Source of the DNA: an uncultured bacterium
GTDB lineage: Bacteria > Verrucomicrobiota > Verrucomicrobiia > Verrucomicrobiales > DEV007
Direction of reading: 5' to 3'
Length of the DNA stretch: 64,000 nt
NCBI GenBank assembly: GCA_963977015.1
Contig: CAXBMO010000004.1
Coordinates: forward strand, 1 to 64,000
Made by a program: the position numbers and the translations under genes. The notes under the pieces were generated by a model. It was not told where the DNA came from and did no database searches. It saw only the letters and a program-made list of their open reading frames with translations. This document shows, piece by piece, positions 9,417-18,721 of the stretch (its first letter is position 1; the number at the start of each line of letters is the position of its first letter).

Positions 9417-11348
9417 TCATTGGCCATTTGATTCAAGCCTTAGCCAGCCTAGCTCATGGATTCGCCGGCCATAATACCTTGCGCCTTCCACGGTGTAGTG
9501 GCCGTAGTCGTAAAACACTTTTCGTCCTTCCGGCGTGACTGCGAGACAGGTTTTTCGCTCCGGGTTGCTCATGTATTCTGCTTTTTCCAAGAGAACTGCC
9601 CCGGTCTTCCTGGCGATCTTGCGGATCTCCGCGTTGATGGGAGGCACTTCGTCCAGTTTACGATTGTCCCACAAAAACCGGTTAATATCATCAAATGTGT
9701 AGCTCCCCTGAGGTGTGTTCCGCACAAACCAGTCAAATGGCGGCAGATTCTCAATATACAGAAACTCGATCGTATTGGTAGCGACCAGAACATTCTTCCC
9801 TCGCTGCTGAAGGCTCCGTATCACATGTTCCAAATTCTCAATATCACGAACGCCCCCATGTTCTTTGTGGTTGGGAGCCGCAATCCGGCTAGAGATCAGC
9901 ACATGATCTGCCTTTTTAAACTTTTTGGTTTGATAGAATTCTTGAAATATGGCATCCGGCTCTCCAATTTCCAAGTTGTAGAGACAAAACTCCATGTTCG
10001 GGAAGCCGTCCTGGTTTAGCATCAATGCTACATAGAAGTCGATCGCGTGAGAATCTCCAACAATAAGGACTTTTTCCGTATCCTCTTTTGTTGAAAATTC
10101 TGGCTGTTTTTCACAGAAGAATGCTGCTTTGCCATTTTTCTCTCTCTTCAGTAGAGTATTGTCGAATTCGTAGTGGTTGTAAAGTGCTGCGAGTTTGGGA
10201 AAGCGATTCATGATCCCTCCTTCAGCCAATACGGCTCCGGAAAAAACTATGATCGCCGCGGTCGCCATCCCCATGGATGTGGCAAACTTTGGCAGGGAAA
10301 TCCTGACCGGTTTCCGGAAAAACTGTTCCACCGTAAAATAGGTCACCGAGGCGAGAATCACGGACACCCCTAGAAGCGAGAGTTTCTCCCACATGCCCAG
10401 GGAATGGTCATGAATCCTGGCGAACGCAAAGACCGGATAGTGCCAGAGATAGAGCGAATAGGAGATCAAGCCAATGAACACCATCACCTTGGTGGAGAGC
10501 AGCCGAATGACCAGACCTCCCGATCCGGCCGTAGCAATAAGCAGAACGGTTCCCCCCACACAAACCGTCGTGATCAGGCCCGGGTGGTTGTTCTGCCCAA
10601 CCCCGATAAAGGAACCGATAATCATGACAGTTCCCAGCAACGGAAGCGATCCTCGAGGAAGCCAACCAAGCTTGAGCCATGGCTTTCGATCATCGAGAAA
10701 CACCAGCATTCCCCCAGCAAGAAGCTCCCAAAGGCGACTGGGCAGCATGTAAAACGAAAAGGAAGGGTGAATTTTCGTGAGCCAGACGGCAGCCCCAAGA
10801 CTGGCAATCATCAAGAGGAGAAGAACACTAGGCAAAACCCTCGGCATCGTTCTCCAGAGGAATAATAAGAGTAGCGGGTAAAGAATGTAGAATTGCTCCT
10901 CGACCGCCAGAGACCAAGTATGAAGAAAAGGCCTCAACAAGGCGGATTCAGCCCCGTATTCCTGCAAGCTGAAGAGCCAATAGGCGTTGGAACAAAATCC
11001 GAGCGAGGCCAGCAGGGACTTCACAAAGTCGATCAGTGCGGACGGGAGCAGCAGAAACCAGGCGACCGGCAACGAAACCAGCATCACGGTTAGCAAGGCA
11101 GGGAGGATACGCCTCGCTCTGCGCTTGTAGAAATTGGCGATCGAAATCGTTCCTGTTTGCAACCATTCCCTTCTCAAGATTGAGGTGATCAGAAACCCGG
11201 AAATCACGAAAAACACATCAACCCCGAGAAATCCACCTTGGAGCAAAATCCCGTCTCCAAGAGCGAACTCCGCGTGGTAAATCAGCACCCCCAAGACTGC
11301 GAGTGTTCGCAGTCCGTCAATTTCCGGACGGTAGTGGATTCCGTTCAT
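9417..11348 (-). CDS. OafA/YrhL-type O-acyltransferase (AT3 plus SGNH domain)
   Basis: YRPEIDGLR, GFLGVDVFFVISGFLIT, HTWSLAVEEQFY, ISYSLYLWHYP, VGDSHA, DYGHYT. Confidence 0.92.
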   Translation of the reverse strand: MNGIHYRPEIDGLRTLAVLGVLIYHAEFALGDGILLQGGFLGVDVFFVISGFLITSILRREWLQTGTISIANFYKRRARRILPALLTVMLVSLPVAWFLLLPSALIDFVKSLLASLGFCSNAYWLFSLQEYGAESALLRPFLHTWSLAVEEQFYILYPLLLLFLWRTMPRVLPSVLLLLMIASLGAAVWLTKIHPSFSFYMLPSRLWELLAGGMLVFLDDRKPWLKLGWLPRGSLPLLGTVMIIGSFIGVGQNNHPGLITTVCVGGTVLLIATAGSGGLVIRLLSTKVMVFIGLISYSLYLWHYPVFAFARIHDHSLGMWEKLSLLGVSVILASVTYFTVEQFFRKPVRISLPKFATSMGMATAAIIVFSGAVLAEGGIMNRFPKLAALYNHYEFDNTLLKREKNGKAAFFCEKQPEFSTKEDTEKVLIVGDSHAIDFYVALMLNQDGFPNMEFCLYNLEIGEPDAIFQEFYQTKKFKKADHVLISSRIAAPNHKEHGGVRDIENLEHVIRSLQQRGKNVLVATNTIEFLYIENLPPFDWFVRNTPQGSYTFDDINRFLWDNRKLDEVPPINAEIRKIARKTGAVLLEKAEYMSNPERKTCLAVTPEGRKVFYDYGHYTVEGARYYGRRIHELGWLRLESNGQ

Positions 11349-11511
11349 CCAATCAACGAATTTTGTAATAATGCGACGACTCGCTCACCATTTCGGCACG
11401 GAGCGGTTCGGTAGCAGTTTTCGATGCCTTCCAAGGCTTATCCGCCGTGGACGACATTTCGTTTGCCTTGCTGGTCGCTTTCCGTTCGCCAAATAGGCCA
11501 ACTAATACCCA

Positions 11512-13035
11512 TCAATTGCCCGCCTTAACTTCCCGGAGCAATTCCCGGCGCATTAAGACCGGCAACTGATTTTGCCTAAGAAACTCGGCATAGTAAACCC
11601 GGATCTCCTGAATTGATTCGCCAGCGAATTCCCGTCGGAAAGACGGAATCATTGACCAAATATGGGCCGGGATCGGAAGATAGCGATTCCAAAGGGGCCT
11701 TTTAATCGGGTAGTTGGATCTGGCAAACTTCACGAGCACTCGATCCAGTTCGTCAGCGCGTTTCGGATCGAACTGATTTTCACCCTTGGCTCGCATCACC
11801 TCATCGTAGTCTTCGAGTGAACGACAATCTTTGAGCGCACGATAGTGGTCTTTTGAAAACACCGCACCGAAACATCCCACCATGGTCGGGCGATTGATCA
11901 GGTAATTGAACCGCGCCTGCGCCACGGGGAAATCGAACGGGCCAAAGTCTTCTGGTGCGAACCGGGTTTCCTCTCCGCGTTCGTCCACTCCAACGAACTC
12001 GAACCGGTGGGAAACCGGAGAATCGAACCAGGTTAACCCCTGCACCATTCGCGTCATCAAACCGATTCCCAAGGCCCCCAGTGCACAGTAGCCCATCTCC
12101 GTGAGTCCAAACGATCCCCACTTCGTCGCGAAATAGGCTAGAGCTAGGACGAAATACATCCATTTCCAGAACAATATGCCCGAAAGGGCAAACACTCCGA
12201 CATGGAAGCCACAAATCGCGATCGCAAAACACCACATAACAGCGGGATGAAGCGCGATTGACAGAACAGAGAGTTCCACCATCAAGGTCGCGATGAGGAT
12301 GATTCCATTAATCTTGTCAATCCGAGCACGAAGCGCCTTCCGGTGGGGCCATCGCTTCATCCAGCCGTTCTGCGCCTCAGCCGCCACAGTCAGGTTGCTC
12401 AATCGATTGGTCGGGAACCAGCCATGCAGAATTTTCGACCAAGCCGGCTTGGCATAACAGGCTCCTGTTACGGCGAGTAGCACCCCGATGAACTGAGGCT
12501 CCGTAAAATTCGGATAGAGACTCATCAGAATCGCGGAAAGACTCCCGGCAAAGTGAGCCACCAGGACGAGAGCCTTATCGGTGATACTGATATGAATCGG
12601 GGTTCCTTGGAGTCGGTAAAATCCTACCACGAGAATCGTAAAGAGAAGCGGTAGACAGGGATGCAACGATTGGATCGCGAACCCGACAAGTATGGCAAAC
12701 CGTAACCCCCATTGCCAAGTTGACTGGAGGAAGTGCGGCGGGGAAAATGCCGTTCCGAGCAACAGGGGAACAGAAATAACCGTGAGAATGACTCCAACAG
12801 CGCCGTGATCTCCCCAACCAGTAGCCGATGCCCCCCCCCAACCAGCAACACCACCACAGAACAGAAGGAAACCGATGGGCCCGAACCGTCGAACTACGAG
12901 TTTAAGGTTCGCGATGCCTACGTCCCCCTCTGCCGCCTTTGGCTTTGGGGCAATTGCCAGCACCATCAACAAATCACCGACACCGTAAAGGACTAACAAA
13001 ACAATCAACCAAGTCCAATCTGCGATCAAGTTCAT
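11512..13035 (-). CDS. Polytopic membrane protein with HTTM-like segment and soluble C-terminal domain
   Basis: Many TM helices; Y..PAWSKI..GW, TLMVEL, FHVGVFALSGILFWKW resemble HTTM-domain proteins. Confidence 0.5.
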   Translation of the reverse strand: MNLIADWTWLIVLLVLYGVGDLLMVLAIAPKPKAAEGDVGIANLKLVVRRFGPIGFLLFCGGVAGWGGASATGWGDHGAVGVILTVISVPLLLGTAFSPPHFLQSTWQWGLRFAILVGFAIQSLHPCLPLLFTILVVGFYRLQGTPIHISITDKALVLVAHFAGSLSAILMSLYPNFTEPQFIGVLLAVTGACYAKPAWSKILHGWFPTNRLSNLTVAAEAQNGWMKRWPHRKALRARIDKINGIILIATLMVELSVLSIALHPAVMWCFAIAICGFHVGVFALSGILFWKWMYFVLALAYFATKWGSFGLTEMGYCALGALGIGLMTRMVQGLTWFDSPVSHRFEFVGVDERGEETRFAPEDFGPFDFPVAQARFNYLINRPTMVGCFGAVFSKDHYRALKDCRSLEDYDEVMRAKGENQFDPKRADELDRVLVKFARSNYPIKRPLWNRYLPIPAHIWSMIPSFRREFAGESIQEIRVYYAEFLRQNQLPVLMRRELLREVKAGN

Positions 13036-13168
13036 CGATTCTTACAAATCGTTTTTGAAGCAATTTTTCTTGTCCCAGCTTTCAGATAGGCTCTGAAATT
13101 TCCCGCAATATTGGGTGCAAAGCCTAATCACGACGTAAGTCATCTTCATTTCCTGGAATAAATGCCGG

Positions 13169-14233
13169 TTATGTCTCTCGATTTCCTCTCCTGAATCTAT
13201 CAACTGCCTTGTGCGCCATCCAAAGCCAGTGATGAGAGGTCATGTTGATCAAAAAACAAAGCTGAAACCAGACTCTCCCGCCGAGTGAAGCCGATCGCTT
13301 TACGGCACGGGCATAACGATGAAGGCGTTCAGCTCTGCGAATTGTAGAGCTATACTTTCCAACTGTCGCTCCATCCAATCGCTTCAAGCCCGCCGAATAA
13401 CGATTGACGCGGTGTTCATAGGCCTGATCGCGTCCAGAGTTATTCACTGCCGCGGTGATGTTGCCGTCGTGGACCCGATAAACACACATGGGGCGGTCGA
13501 GATAGATTGCATCCCCCTTGGTCAGCAGCAAATAGGCCAGAAACTTGTCCCCCCCATGAACTTCACAAAACCAACCCGGCAATCCGGCTGGCGTCCGAAA
13601 CACCATCGAACAGGTCCGTATGCACCAATATTGAAGCACCGTAGAAAAGTCCATGCGTTGGCGATCCTTCCACAGTTTTTGATCGAGTTTTGGAGAAATG
13701 CCGGGTCGGTCCACTTTCCACGAATGAAACACGAGAGCGACACTGTCATCGTTTTGCAAAACGTCGATTTGCCGCTGCAACTTGGTCTGATCGCACCAGT
13801 AATCGTCTCCCTCGAGTAAGGCCATAAAGGGAGCCCGGCCACATGTTTGGTACAGTTCCATGGCCGTAACTGTTCCCGGCATTTCTGGAAACGGATTCCA
13901 CAAATTTCGCTTCGCCAGGATCAAGCGAATCCGATCCGGGTATTTCCGTTGGTAATTCAAAACGATTTCCCGAGTTCCATCGGTGGAGAAATCATCTCCA
14001 ATCACGATCTCAAAGGGAAAATCGGTTTCCTGCTCAAGCACACTTTCGATGGCTTGCTCAATGTATGATCTATGATTATAGGTAATCAGCCAGACGCTGA
14101 CCAACGGTTCGGTGGGAACTGTATCCGAACGAATCTCTTCAATTTCGGTATCAATAAGTTCCTGGACTTTTCGCCCGGTCTCGCAATCCCCAAGATCGAA
14201 CATCCATTCACATTTCTCGGAAACCTGCTGCAT
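13169..14233 (-). CDS. Glycosyltransferase family 2
   Basis: PLVSVWLITYNH, IEQAIESVLEQ, IVIGDDFSTDGT, ALLEGDDYW..KLQRQ. The start at 14233 overlaps the upstream stop (TGATG). Confidence 0.9.
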   Translation of the reverse strand: MQQVSEKCEWMFDLGDCETGRKVQELIDTEIEEIRSDTVPTEPLVSVWLITYNHRSYIEQAIESVLEQETDFPFEIVIGDDFSTDGTREIVLNYQRKYPDRIRLILAKRNLWNPFPEMPGTVTAMELYQTCGRAPFMALLEGDDYWCDQTKLQRQIDVLQNDDSVALVFHSWKVDRPGISPKLDQKLWKDRQRMDFSTVLQYWCIRTCSMVFRTPAGLPGWFCEVHGGDKFLAYLLLTKGDAIYLDRPMCVYRVHDGNITAAVNNSGRDQAYEHRVNRYSAGLKRLDGATVGKYSSTIRRAERLHRYARAVKRSASLGGRVWFQLCFLINMTSHHWLWMAHKAVDRFRRGNRET

Positions 14234-15360
14234 CAGTTTAGGTTCACACATTCGCGAAACACGGAACAAATCCATGCGATATCATCCGTTGATACCGTAG
14301 TTCCCGTGGGCAGAACAATGACCCTCTGGCAAAGGTTTTCCGTCACTGGCAGCAGGAGACCAGCGCTGGGAAAGGAGCTGCAGTAGGGTTCCATCCGGTG
14401 ACATCCTGGATAAAAATAACGGCGCGCGATTACATTATGCCGGTGAAGGTATTCGACGATCATGTCTCGGGATTTCGAGCACCGCTTTGAGTCCACTTCT
14501 ACTACAACATACTGCCAGTTGCAGCTTTCGTTTTCGTCATAGCTAATCAGCGAAATCCCCGGCAACCCTGCTAGTCCATCTTGATAAGCATCAAAATTCC
14601 CTCGATTCACAGCGATAAATTCCTCAATACTTTCGAGATTCGTCAACCCCATCGCTGCCGATATCTCACTCATTTTGCCGTTTGTTCCGATGTAGTCTAC
14701 CTGATCGTAATTGGTAAATCCAAAGTTTCTCATCAGCCGCATTTTGTTGGCTAATTCCCCGTTATTGGTTGTGACGATCCCTCCCTCAAAAGCATTAACA
14801 AACTTAGTAGCGTGCAGGCTGAAAACCTCTGCTTCCCCAAACCCTCCGATCATCCTGCCCTGAGAGGAACAACCAAGCGCATGTGAGGCATCAAAAAGCA
14901 GTTTCAAACCATGACGCCGAGCGATATCCTCCAGTCCTGATATGTCGCAGGATCTCCCCCAGCAATGAACTCCAAGAATGCCGCTGGTGCGTGGTGTAAT
15001 CAGGTCCTCAATCTTGCTCGGGTCGAGGTTGTGCGTCACGGGATCTACATCGCAAAACACCGGTGTAATTGCCTGCCATTGAAGACAATGTGCCGTGGCG
15101 ATAAAGGTGAACGAAGGAACAATCACCTCCCCTTCCAAACCAGCAGCTCGGGCTGCGATCTCCAAGCCGATCGTTCCATTGCACATCGCCACACAATGCT
15201 TTACACCAAGCAATTCAGAGAATTTCCGCTCAAGCTCTTCGCAGAACTGCCCGCCATTACTCAACCAGCGGCTTTCAAGGATCTCGCAAGTCCTCTTCAG
15301 AAAAACTTCTTGATCGCCGATATTTGGGCGGCCTACAAAAAAGTCACGATTGCCAATCAT
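14233..15360 (-). CDS. DegT/DnrJ PLP aminotransferase, VioA/DesI-like (NDP-4-keto-6-deoxyhexose aminotransferase)
   Basis: SRWLSNGG, CNGTIGL, PSFTFIAT, FDASHALG, SLHATKFVNAFEGG, GTNGKMSE, ARRYFYP. Confidence 0.85.
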   Translation of the reverse strand: MIGNRDFFVGRPNIGDQEVFLKRTCEILESRWLSNGGQFCEELERKFSELLGVKHCVAMCNGTIGLEIAARAAGLEGEVIVPSFTFIATAHCLQWQAITPVFCDVDPVTHNLDPSKIEDLITPRTSGILGVHCWGRSCDISGLEDIARRHGLKLLFDASHALGCSSQGRMIGGFGEAEVFSLHATKFVNAFEGGIVTTNNGELANKMRLMRNFGFTNYDQVDYIGTNGKMSEISAAMGLTNLESIEEFIAVNRGNFDAYQDGLAGLPGISLISYDENESCNWQYVVVEVDSKRCSKSRDMIVEYLHRHNVIARRYFYPGCHRMEPYCSSFPSAGLLLPVTENLCQRVIVLPTGTTVSTDDIAWICSVFRECVNLN

Positions 15361-16349
15361 TCTCCTTCAAGCTCCTTCTTTGCTGCGTCCCTTACCAATC
15401 TGTCCAACCATTCATGCATATTAATTCCCGCCTTTGCAACGGCCTCCCAAGCCAAATCCTTGGTCTTCGGCGTTACCCCTTCCAAGCGTCCCTCATAACG
15501 TGTGCGGTAGGTCCCGCCACGAATGCCGGGAATCGGAAAATCAAAATTGGCTGTCGGTTCGCCTTCGTCCACTTTAAACTCGATCAGATAAAACGCCTGT
15601 CCAATCACGAAATGGATCGAGGTCTCCCGCGCCTCGACCGGGATAGCCCCGAGCGGCAGCGGTGCCTCGAACATCGGGTTCGTCTCCTTAAGTATTCGGA
15701 AATATTGGGACTCGCGCAGCCACACCGGCACGCTCTCGTCACCGGCGACGACCTTGCCGCCAGGTTTCGCCACCCGTGCCATCTCCTTCAAAGCGCGAGC
15801 CGGGTCGGAGAATTCTCCGAGCGCGCCGAAGCTGTAAACCGCGTCGAAGTAATCGTTCGGATAAGGAAGGTGCAGGGCGTTGGCGAGGACGAAGCTCGCC
15901 ACGGCGGGATGTTGCCCGAGTTTCTTCCAGCATACCCGCATCATGTCGGCGGAAAGGTCCTGGAGATGTAGTTCCCCTGTGGCACCAACTCGATCGGCAA
16001 GGAGAACCGAGTCCCTGCCTGTGCCGCAGGCGATTTCGAGTACTTTTGATCCCTGACCGATCTCAAGTTTGTCGATGAACGACTGCCGCGTCGACGTCTC
16101 GTCGAGTCCATGGGTGAGAAAGGTTAGGTGTAGTGTGTCCTCATACTGGTCGGCACGACCGTCATAGAACGCCCGGGAGGACTCTTCGGCCACGCCAAGG
16201 CGACGGGGAAAGACCAGGTCGGCGACGCCTTCTATGACAGGATAGCGCGCGCCCTCTGATGTGAGCAGCGCAGTCGTCGCTGCGGGATCGGAGGAATCGG
16301 GGGTAAGCGAAGTGCGGGTGTCTGGATCGACCAAGGCGGAGAAATTCAT
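15357..16349 (-). CDS. Class I SAM methyltransferase with N-terminal Trm112-like segment
   Basis: LEIACGTG, DLSADMM, NALHLPYPNDYFDAV, EMARVAKPGG; N-terminal LVDP..YPVIEGVADL; ATGA overlap at the start. Confidence 0.85.
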   Translation of the reverse strand: MNFSALVDPDTRTSLTPDSSDPAATTALLTSEGARYPVIEGVADLVFPRRLGVAEESSRAFYDGRADQYEDTLHLTFLTHGLDETSTRQSFIDKLEIGQGSKVLEIACGTGRDSVLLADRVGATGELHLQDLSADMMRVCWKKLGQHPAVASFVLANALHLPYPNDYFDAVYSFGALGEFSDPARALKEMARVAKPGGKVVAGDESVPVWLRESQYFRILKETNPMFEAPLPLGAIPVEARETSIHFVIGQAFYLIEFKVDEGEPTANFDFPIPGIRGGTYRTRYEGRLEGVTPKTKDLAWEAVAKAGINMHEWLDRLVRDAAKKELEGE

Positions 16350-16927
16350 ATATCGGAATGGGATTGGGTTTCTTCCCAAGTGGAGCGGAGAAGGTCGTAA
16401 TGTATGCAGTCAATACTAATGCCGTTCTTGCGGAAGGCTTCATGCTCATAATAGAGCTTGCGGAAGCCGAACTTGAGTATGAGTCCCTCCGACGCGGCGT
16501 TGCCGACATGGTGAGCGACGACCAGTTTATTCAATCCTAGGTCGCGGAAGGCGAAGGCGATCACCGCGCGTCCAGCTTCGGTCATGAAACCTTGCCGCTG
16601 TTCGGCCGGAGCAAGCCAGTAGGCGAGTTCGGCACGGTCATATTCAATGGCCCTGTGCCGTCCGCAGATGTCGATGAGGGAAAAAAGGCCAACGATGCGC
16701 CCCTCGCGTCGCACGGCCCAGTGTATCGCCCGGCGTGCTTCTAGTGCACGGACCGCATCCTCGAGAAAAGCCTGACTTTGTTCCACGGTGGAATGGGAGC
16801 TCCACGCCATATCTTTCGATATCTCCGGATCCGACAAGAGTGGGAAAAACGTTTCGGCGTCGCTCACTTCGACGGGCCGCAGCTCAAGGCGCGTGGTGGT
16901 AAGGTTCCAAGAGGCGGGTTCGTTCAT
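16346..16927 (-). CDS. GNAT N-acyltransferase, RimJ/RimL type
   Basis: LTTTRLELRP, AELAYWL, QRQGFMTEA, NAASEGLILKFGF. Confidence 0.85.
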   Translation of the reverse strand: MNEPASWNLTTTRLELRPVEVSDAETFFPLLSDPEISKDMAWSSHSTVEQSQAFLEDAVRALEARRAIHWAVRREGRIVGLFSLIDICGRHRAIEYDRAELAYWLAPAEQRQGFMTEAGRAVIAFAFRDLGLNKLVVAHHVGNAASEGLILKFGFRKLYYEHEAFRKNGISIDCIHYDLLRSTWEETQSHSDI

Positions 16928-17868
16928 GACGTCAGTTTGCGGCGTGCGGCCCCGAATCCTCCGCACCCGAAATGGTTTCCGTTGTAAAAGAGCCAGGTAT
17001 CCCCACTGATGGCGGCGACGTCAGGGTAGGCGAGCATCTCCGAATCCCAGTCGTCGGGACCTAGGCCGATACCGGCGAGGGCATCGTTCCGCTCCCAGTG
17101 AACAAGGTCACAGGAGGAGGCGTAGCCGATGCGGTAAGATCCGTCGCCGCCACGGAAAGCCTCGCTCGAGCGACAGCAAAACCAGAGATGAAAGCGGCCA
17201 TTCTCCGCCAGCATCGTCGGTTTGGTAATGGCTTCGTTCGGACGCGACTGAGGCACGACAACCTTCCCGGTCTGCTCCCAGCGTATCCCGTCGTGCGAGC
17301 GGGCCAATTTCAGATCGTAGGTGTGCTCGAGCTTGCCTTCTACATCGACCCAAGCGATGCCAGAACAGTAAAACATGTACCACTGCCCTTCGTGGATGAA
17401 GACATGAGGAGATGTCGCTGAGTAAGGCTCCCAAGGGGTGCGATCGAGGATCGGGCCGGATCCGATCTTCGAAAAAGTCTTACCGCCGTCCTCGCTGACG
17501 GCGAGACCGGTGAAATTGGCGTAGGGCAGAGTGGTGCCCCGCGACCAACCACTGTAGTAAAGGTAAATCGTTCCGTCGTGCTCCACAACGCTGCTCGGCA
17601 TGACGCCGTGCTCATCGAACATCCCCTGGCCCCCGAGCGGCAGGATCGGCTCGGGACGCAAATAGACCTCCCGACGGAGATCCGACGCGTCGAGATCTAC
17701 GTAGGTGGTGAGGCTGAGATCGGGCTTTGGGCGCGTCGAAAAATAGACCCTAACGAGCCCCTCTGAGGCACGCGGAAGGACCGTCGGAACCTGAGCATGC
17801 GTATTCATCCAACCATTCTGCCCCCGGGGTTCAAAAAGAACACCCTGCTTTATCCACTGCTGATTCAT
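16924..17868 (-). CDS. Five-bladed beta-propeller protein (GH43/GH32/GH130-like fold) of glycan loci
   Basis: Repeated blades: LYYSGW, AVSEDGGKTF, MFYCSG, ARSHDGIRW, IGYASS.DLVHW, LFYNGN.FG. Confidence 0.65.
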   Translation of the reverse strand: MNQQWIKQGVLFEPRGQNGWMNTHAQVPTVLPRASEGLVRVYFSTRPKPDLSLTTYVDLDASDLRREVYLRPEPILPLGGQGMFDEHGVMPSSVVEHDGTIYLYYSGWSRGTTLPYANFTGLAVSEDGGKTFSKIGSGPILDRTPWEPYSATSPHVFIHEGQWYMFYCSGIAWVDVEGKLEHTYDLKLARSHDGIRWEQTGKVVVPQSRPNEAITKPTMLAENGRFHLWFCCRSSEAFRGGDGSYRIGYASSCDLVHWERNDALAGIGLGPDDWDSEMLAYPDVAAISGDTWLFYNGNHFGCGGFGAARRKLTS

Positions 17869-17959
17869 TTCGAAGATCGTTTCACTTCTCTTTTCTTCTT
17901 AAAAACAAAGATGACGTTGGCATCAACGAGTCAATTACCACGTGCAACCTTAAGCATTC

Positions 17960-18709
17960 TTACAACTTTGCAGCACATGAATTGAGGACCTTTTTCAACT
18001 TACCTCTACAAATCCGCTGGAAATTGCCGCCTTGAATGGCATACGCCAATACTCCAAGTAATGAAGCATTCGAATTTGGGGCGACGTTTTTGACAGGAAA
18101 AGGAATGTTTGGCTTTTCGACTCCGAGAAATGAACATAGCTCGTGCCACCCTTCCCCATTGGTAATGTCCATTCTTATAAACCGAGCAGCTTTTGATTCA
18201 AAAAATGCCTCCACCTCTGCGTTAGCCGAAATATAATAGTCGATAATCTTGTCCCGAGCGCCTTCTAACTTCTTAATTTGAAAAACATTCCGGAAAAACA
18301 ATGCCGAGCCATACGCTCCTCTTTGATGGTAAGACTCTAGAGCAGTAGCTAAATCTTCATCCTCGGCAAAACTTGTTATCATTCGCTCAAATGAATTATA
18401 CCACATTTCCGGATCCCTAACCGTTTGAACAAAAAAGGCATCCGGATACCAATCATATAATTGCTTATATAGCCCCCCCCCTCCCCAAGGACCGTCCGCG
18501 AAAGCATCCCAGTAATGCGTCATACGGCGAAGCTCTTCGAAGTTTCGATCTACATACAGCGCTAGATTATAGTCGTTGTGCTTCAACCTCCAATCCCCTT
18601 TGCACACATTCCTCCCAAGGTTTTCAAAAGCAGCTTCCAACGAAGTTGTTCCTGTCTTCGAGAAACCTACACCGAAAATTTTTGGCTTATCTAGTTGGGT
18701 CATCCACAA
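17960..18709 (-). CDS. Sulfotransferase family protein (Sulfotransfer_4-like)
   Basis: KIFGVGFSKTGTTSL, DAFADGPW, YPDAFFVQTVRDPEMWYNS, EGWHELCSFLG..PFP..N. Confidence 0.8.
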   Translation of the reverse strand: MWMTQLDKPKIFGVGFSKTGTTSLEAAFENLGRNVCKGDWRLKHNDYNLALYVDRNFEELRRMTHYWDAFADGPWGGGGLYKQLYDWYPDAFFVQTVRDPEMWYNSFERMITSFAEDEDLATALESYHQRGAYGSALFFRNVFQIKKLEGARDKIIDYYISANAEVEAFFESKAARFIRMDITNGEGWHELCSFLGVEKPNIPFPVKNVAPNSNASLLGVLAYAIQGGNFQRICRGKLKKVLNSCAAKL

Positions 18710-18721
18710 TCACACTTTGAG

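Noticed and set aside
16346-16927. Naming this GNAT pseH
   Set aside because: It is more than 8 kb from pseI and coupled to the VioA-like cassette. It cannot be excluded as a functional substitute, so I left it unnamed.
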